From assembly GCA_965262915.1 (NCBI GenBank), contig OZ253564.1, forward strand, positions 3,712,001 to 3,776,000: DNA of 64,000 nt, read 5' to 3'. Origin of the DNA: Candidatus Spongiisociaceae bacterium. GTDB taxonomy: Bacteria > Actinomycetota > Acidimicrobiia > Spongiisociales > Spongiisociaceae. The notes under the pieces are model-generated. The model was not told the DNA's origin and searched no databases. It saw only the letters and a program-made list of their open reading frames with translations. Made by a program: the position numbers and the translations under genes. Positions 59,231-64,000 of this stretch are shown piece after piece. The number at the start of each line of letters is the position of its first letter. The first letter of the stretch is position 1.

Positions 59231-60196
59231 TTGAGTGAACCGGGCCGGATACGAACCGTGCTGGGCGACGTAGCGTCCGAGCCTTGGGGGATAACCAACG
59301 CCCATGCCCATCTGATGGGTGGCGCGGACACTTCGAAGCCCCCATTCGACACCACCGATGCGTCCGAGCTGATCATGACCCTCGACGACAGCCTGCCCGA
59401 ACTCGAGGACTTCGCCCGCGCCGGCGGCTTCTGCCTGGTGGACCTGACCCCCGCGAGCATGGGACGGGACCCGGCCGCTCTGGTCAGAGCCTCCGAGGAG
59501 ACCGGAGTGCACATCGTCATGGGAACCGGCATCTATCACGAAGCCCACCACCCCGATTCCATAGCCGGTCTGAACGACACGGAGATCGCCGAGATCCTCG
59601 TCCGGGACATCACCGAGGGCGTGGACGGGACCGGCATCCGGGCGGGCATCATCGGGGAGCAGGGAACCTTCACCGGCCCGATGACCGAGCGCGAGGCGGT
59701 GGTGTTCCGGGCCTCGGCCATGGCGGCCGTCGAGACCGGGTTGGCGGTCACCACCCACACCCACCTGGGGCTCAACGCGCTGGATCAGATCGATGTCCTC
59801 CTCTCCCAGGGCCTCGATCCGGATCGCATCGTCATCGGCCACCTGGACGACGGGGAGCCCGACCTCGACCTGATCCGGGAGATCATCGAGCGGGGCGCCT
59901 GGGCCCAGTTCGACGACATCGGATACGAGTACTACACCGAGCGGCTCAAGATCCAGATGACCACCGACGTGGTCCGGGCCCGCAAGCTGGCCCAGCTGGC
60001 GGAGGAAGGCCTCACGGGGCAGGTCATCCTCGCCAGCGACTTCGGCATGCAACGCCACCTCCGAGCCAGGGGCGGGCCGGGCCTCGTCGTGCTGGCCGAC
60101 CGGTTCCGCAGGACCGCGCTGACACAAGGTGTTCCGGTCGAGGTGCTCGACCAGTGCATGATCACCAACCCGGCGACCATGCTGACCATGCGGTGA
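59231..60196 (+). CDS. Phosphotriesterase family hydrolase, tandem copy 1
   Basis: RTVLG, HAH, GIIGEQG, TTHT, GHLD, SD. Confidence 0.9.
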   Translation: MSEPGRIRTVLGDVASEPWGITNAHAHLMGGADTSKPPFDTTDASELIMTLDDSLPELEDFARAGGFCLVDLTPASMGRDPAALVRASEETGVHIVMGTGIYHEAHHPDSIAGLNDTEIAEILVRDITEGVDGTGIRAGIIGEQGTFTGPMTEREAVVFRASAMAAVETGLAVTTHTHLGLNALDQIDVLLSQGLDPDRIVIGHLDDGEPDLDLIREIIERGAWAQFDDIGYEYYTERLKIQMTTDVVRARKLAQLAEEGLTGQVILASDFGMQRHLRARGGPGLVVLADRFRRTALTQGVPVEVLDQCMITNPATMLTMR

Positions 60197-60652
60197 GGTT
60201 CCGGTCCGCAACCCGCCGCCGTCCCGGTCCCGCTCCGTGCGCGTGACTCCGTTCCGCCGCTCGAACGTTCCGATGCCCGCCCCGGTCCCCACCTCGCGAA
60301 AACTCTCCCCAACCGAGGGGTTGAACCTGTCACACCGCCACCCCATACTTGAGAGGTACCAAGCACCTGCGCGGTCGGGAAGTCGACGTCGGCCCGGTCG
60401 CCGGAGGGAACAAGATTCAGGAGCAGCAGCCCCCGGCAGGCCGGGCGAAGCACGCTCCGAACCCAGGAGAGGTGGTGGTGGGGGAGGGCCCGGCGGATCG
60501 AACCACCGCGGCGATTTTCGCGATTCGATGAGAGTGAGAGGTGTTCTCGGTTCATCGACTCGGGGACTCAGCCGCCGCATGGCAACCCGGTGCAGCTGCA
60601 CCCGCCCCTACGAACACGAAACGACACCGCCCGTGCAGGAAGGACGGGCAAG

Positions 60653-61627
60653 GTGAGCTCCCAGAGCCGCATCCGCACGGTGACCGGCGACGTGCCCTCG
60701 TCTTCGTGGGGTTTGACCAACGCCCACGCCCATCTGGCTCTCGGCGTGGAGGAGCAGAGCCATCCGGAGTGGAGCGACACCGCCGAGCGCTACAGCGACC
60801 ACGTCCTGTCCGTCGGGGACACCCTGCCCGAACTCCGGGCCTATGCAGAAGCCGGGGGATCATGCCTGGTCGATCTCACTCCGATGGGCTTGGGGCGGGA
60901 CCCGACCGGCCTGGTCGAAGCCTCGGAGCAGACCGGGGTGCACATCGTGATGGGCACGGGCATATACCACGAGCCCTTCCAGCCGGACTGCATCGCCGGC
61001 TTGGGGGCTGTAGAGATCGCCGAGGTCCTCATCGGGGAGATCACCCGAGGTGTAGGAGGCACCGGCATACGGGCCGGGATCATCGGTGAACAGGGCACCT
61101 ACAAGGGGCCGATGACCGAGCGCGAAGCGACCGTGTTCCGGGCCTCGGCCATGGCGGCGGTCGAGACAGGGGTGGCCGTGTCCACCCACACCTACCTGGG
61201 GCGCAACGCTTTCGACCAGATCGACATTCTCACCGCTGAGGGGCTCGCACCCGAGCGGATCGTCGTCGGGCATCTCGACGACACCGAACCGGACCTGGCG
61301 CTGTTCCGCAAGATCATCGAGCGGGGCGCCTACGCGCAGTTCGACAGCATTGGATACGAGTACTACACGGAGACGCTCGGCGTGCAGATGAGTACCGATC
61401 GGGTCCGGGCCGGGGCGCTGCGGCAACTGGCCGAGGAGGGCCTGGCCGACCGGATCATCGTGGCGAGCGACCTCTGCCGGAAGCGGCATCTGACGGTGAA
61501 CGGCGGACCCGGTCTTGCTCATCTCATCACGGGTTTTCGCGAGCTGGCCGGGGAAGAGGGTGTTCCGGTCGAAGTGCTCGATCGATGCATGATCACCAAC
61601 CCGGCCACCGTCCTGGCGATGGTGTGA
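60653..61627 (+). CDS. Phosphotriesterase family hydrolase, tandem copy 2
   Basis: Same motifs; close paralog of copy 1. Confidence 0.9.
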   Translation: MSSQSRIRTVTGDVPSSSWGLTNAHAHLALGVEEQSHPEWSDTAERYSDHVLSVGDTLPELRAYAEAGGSCLVDLTPMGLGRDPTGLVEASEQTGVHIVMGTGIYHEPFQPDCIAGLGAVEIAEVLIGEITRGVGGTGIRAGIIGEQGTYKGPMTEREATVFRASAMAAVETGVAVSTHTYLGRNAFDQIDILTAEGLAPERIVVGHLDDTEPDLALFRKIIERGAYAQFDSIGYEYYTETLGVQMSTDRVRAGALRQLAEEGLADRIIVASDLCRKRHLTVNGGPGLAHLITGFRELAGEEGVPVEVLDRCMITNPATVLAMV

Positions 61628-63222
61628 TGGCGGTTCCGAACGGCGGCGACGCGGTGGTCTCAGCCCTGGCGGACCGTGGCGTGAACACCGTCTTCGGCAT
61701 ACCCGCTAGCTACACGGTCGAGATCTACGACGCCATCGCCCGCCAGGGCGGGATCCGCTCGATCGTGGCGCGCAACGAGCAGGCCGCCGCCTTCATGGCC
61801 GACGGCTACGCCCGGCGCTCGGGCAAGCCCGGGGTGGTGATCGTTACCGGCGGCCCCGGCCTCGGGAACACCATCACCGGACTCCAGACCGCCTACGCGG
61901 ATTCTTCGCCCGTGGTGGCCATCGCCAGCGACCACGATCCGGCCCAGCGAGCGGCGCAGCCGGTCGGGCTGCCCCACGAAGCGTTCGACCAGGAAGGACT
62001 CGCCAGGGCCACCGGCGCGATCGTGGCGAGGGCAGACGAAGCCGGAACGATAAGGGACGCGGTGACCGCCACGCTGGACGGCACTCGCCGGGGGCGTCCC
62101 CGACCGGGTGTCGTGCTGATCGGACGGAGCGCTCTCGAAGCTCCCGAGGCGCAGGAAGATGCAGGAGAACGACCGCTGCCCTCGCCCCGTCCCGCTCCCG
62201 CCCGCCACCAACTGGAGAAGGTCGCCGAACTCCTGGGTTCGGCCGCCAACCCCGTCGTCGTGGTCGGCGCGGGTGTGGTCCTCGGCCGGGCCGAGGCGGA
62301 CCTGGCCCGCTTCCTGGCTGTCACTGCCCTGCCGGTCGTGACGACCGTCCCGGGTCGCGCGGCTGCCGATCAGGAGAACGGTTGGGTGGGTGTTCTGGAC
62401 AATCCCGCCGCAAGGGGGATCCTCGAACGCGCCGATGTGGTGCTCGCTCTCGGAACGAGCTTCGGGAATGCATCGACCGCCGAGTGGACGCTCGAGATGA
62501 ACGGTTCGCTCGTTCACGTCGACATCGATCCTGCCAGCCTGGGCCAGCACTACGAGACGGCCCTGGCCATCGAGGCGGACGCCGGAACCTTCCTCGCGGC
62601 TCTCACCGAACTCCTGTCCCGCCACCCGAACCGAAGATCCGGGCCACGGTCACAGCGGGCGGCATCGAGGGTCTCCCACCCATGGATCGACCCCATAGAG
62701 GCGGTGCTGCCCGCCCGCGATGCCACGATCTGCGGCGATGTCACCATGGCTCTGCGATGGATCCCCGGCGGGGTGTCGCTAGGACCCGAGCGCCGGCTGA
62801 TGACGCCCTCGAACTTCATGACGCTGGGGTGGGCCTACGCGGCTGCCCTGGGCGTGCAGGCCGCTGCACCCGGCGACGCGGTACTGGCGGTGATGGGCGA
62901 CGGAGGGGCCCTGTTCACGCTCGGGGAGTTGGCGACGGCCGCCGAGCACCGGCTGCCCGTGTGCCTGCTCGTGTACAACAACCGCTCCTACGGGATCATC
63001 GCCGAGGTGCAGGACATGCTCTGCGACGGGCGCCGCTTCGGCATCGACCTCCAACAACCCGACTTCGTAGCCGTGGCCCGGGCCTTCGGGATGCAGGCCT
63101 CCCGAGCGTCCACTCCCGAGGAACTCGAGGACGCGTTGGCGCGCCACATCGGAACCGGCCGGCCCAGCCTCGTCGACGCCCGGGTCGGTATCTCCGACCT
63201 GGGCGTCGGCTCGAACCTGTGA
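61627..63222 (+). CDS. ThDP-dependent enzyme (AHAS/decarboxylase-like)
   Basis: VFGIP, RNEQ.A.FMADGYAR, GPG.GN, GDGG...NN. Confidence 0.9.
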   Translation: MAVPNGGDAVVSALADRGVNTVFGIPASYTVEIYDAIARQGGIRSIVARNEQAAAFMADGYARRSGKPGVVIVTGGPGLGNTITGLQTAYADSSPVVAIASDHDPAQRAAQPVGLPHEAFDQEGLARATGAIVARADEAGTIRDAVTATLDGTRRGRPRPGVVLIGRSALEAPEAQEDAGERPLPSPRPAPARHQLEKVAELLGSAANPVVVVGAGVVLGRAEADLARFLAVTALPVVTTVPGRAAADQENGWVGVLDNPAARGILERADVVLALGTSFGNASTAEWTLEMNGSLVHVDIDPASLGQHYETALAIEADAGTFLAALTELLSRHPNRRSGPRSQRAASRVSHPWIDPIEAVLPARDATICGDVTMALRWIPGGVSLGPERRLMTPSNFMTLGWAYAAALGVQAAAPGDAVLAVMGDGGALFTLGELATAAEHRLPVCLLVYNNRSYGIIAEVQDMLCDGRRFGIDLQQPDFVAVARAFGMQASRASTPEELEDALARHIGTGRPSLVDARVGISDLGVGSNL

Positions 63223-63230
63223 ACCCCCAG

Positions 63231-63391
63231 GGGTCTGTCTGTGAAACGGCGGCGTGGTATGCGCCGTCAGCGGCGTTCCTCGCAAGGCCCGCCGACGAAG
63301 GCATACCCGCAGCGGTACGTTGAGGAGGCGGAACGCAGCGAGGGGCGCCGATGGCTGCCAGAGCACGGCAAGTTGTTTTGCAGACAGACCA
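63231..63391 (+). mobile_element. MITE family A, full length (161 bp)
   Basis: GGGTCTGTCTG ... CAGACAGACCA; flanks CCAG and CTAG; closely similar to 32230-32389. Confidence 0.85.
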
Positions 63392-63439
63392 CTAGATGGA
63401 GAGAGGGATGATGCCATCGAGCAGAACAGGACGGCTGCA

Positions 63440-64000
63440 ATGACCGGCCCACACGGACCCACCGCCGGAGCCGAGCTTCCGCAACTCGTGACGGAAGTGC
63501 CCGGGCCGGTCTCCCGGGCCGTGTTCAAGAGGGATCAGAACCTGGTGGCGGCCGGCAACTCGGCAGGATCGTTGTGGTCGGAGCTTGCCGTGGTCGAAGG
63601 GCGAGGGGCCATGATCACCGACGCAGACGGCAACCGCCTGCTCGACGCCTGCTCGGGCACCGTGGTGATGAATCTCGGTCACGGCCATCCGGCCGTGGCG
63701 GAGGCGCTCGGCCGCCAGGCCCGCCGGCTGACCCACTTCTACGACTTCGCCACCGAGGTCCGGGTCGAGTTCGTCGAGCTTCTCAAGAGCACCCTGCCGC
63801 GGGCCTTGGACGCCTTCCACCTGGCCAACTCCGGGAGCGAGGCGGTCGAGGCGGCTCTCCGCACCGTCCGGTCCGCTACGGGACGCCACGAGGTGATCGC
63901 CTTCCACAACGCCTACCACGGCCGCACCCTGGGGGCCCTCTCCCTGACCACCGGAGCCGGACGGGAGGGTCTCGGACCGCTGCTGCCCGGAGTCGTGCAC
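63440..64000 (+). CDS. Class III PLP aminotransferase, 3'-partial (not in ORF track)
   Basis: Hand translation gives DADGNRLLD, NLGHGHP, NSGSEAVEAA, AYHGRT. Confidence 0.92.
   Translation, partial: MTGPHGPTAGAELPQLVTEVPGPVSRAVFKRDQNLVAAGNSAGSLWSELAVVEGRGAMITDADGNRLLDACSGTVVMNLGHGHPAVAEALGRQARRLTHFYDFATEVRVEFVELLKSTLPRALDAFHLANSGSEAVEAALRTVRSATGRHEVIAFHNAYHGRTLGALSLTTGAGREGLGPLLPGVVH

Noticed and set aside
1-64000. rRNA, tRNA, prophage, restriction-modification, or PKS/NRPS core genes
   Set aside because: None were recognised. The DegT, SnoaL, ScyD/E and methyltransferase genes are scattered and have no scaffold synthase.

Overview
GC-rich bacterial window, probably Actinomycetota (Acidimicrobiia-like, possibly host-associated; inferred from gene style only). 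It is an accessory catabolic region with three ABC importers (two Opp/Dpp-type, one NitT/TauT-type) and about 30 hydrolases, oxidoreductases, PLP and ThDP enzymes. No dedicated transcription factor was recognised. A mobile layer sits on top: an intact IS1182-family element with a CTAG duplication, two MITE families at CTAG-like sites, vapBC and mazEF pairs, and several pseudogenes. Four tandem gene arrays occur: 2 small TM/coiled-coil genes, 4 PaREP1/HEPN genes, 3 alpha/beta-hydrolases and 2 phosphotriesterase-family genes. The best candidates for new biology are (i) self-promoted gene cassettes bounded by degenerate 7-bp repeat arrays, (ii) an orphan, diversifying PaREP1/HEPN array, (iii) an Ala/Glu helical stalk with an exact heptad repeat, shared by two unrelated solute-binding lipoproteins, and (iv) an operon containing a TenA with Asn at the Asp44 position. 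All calls are by eye; no database search was run.
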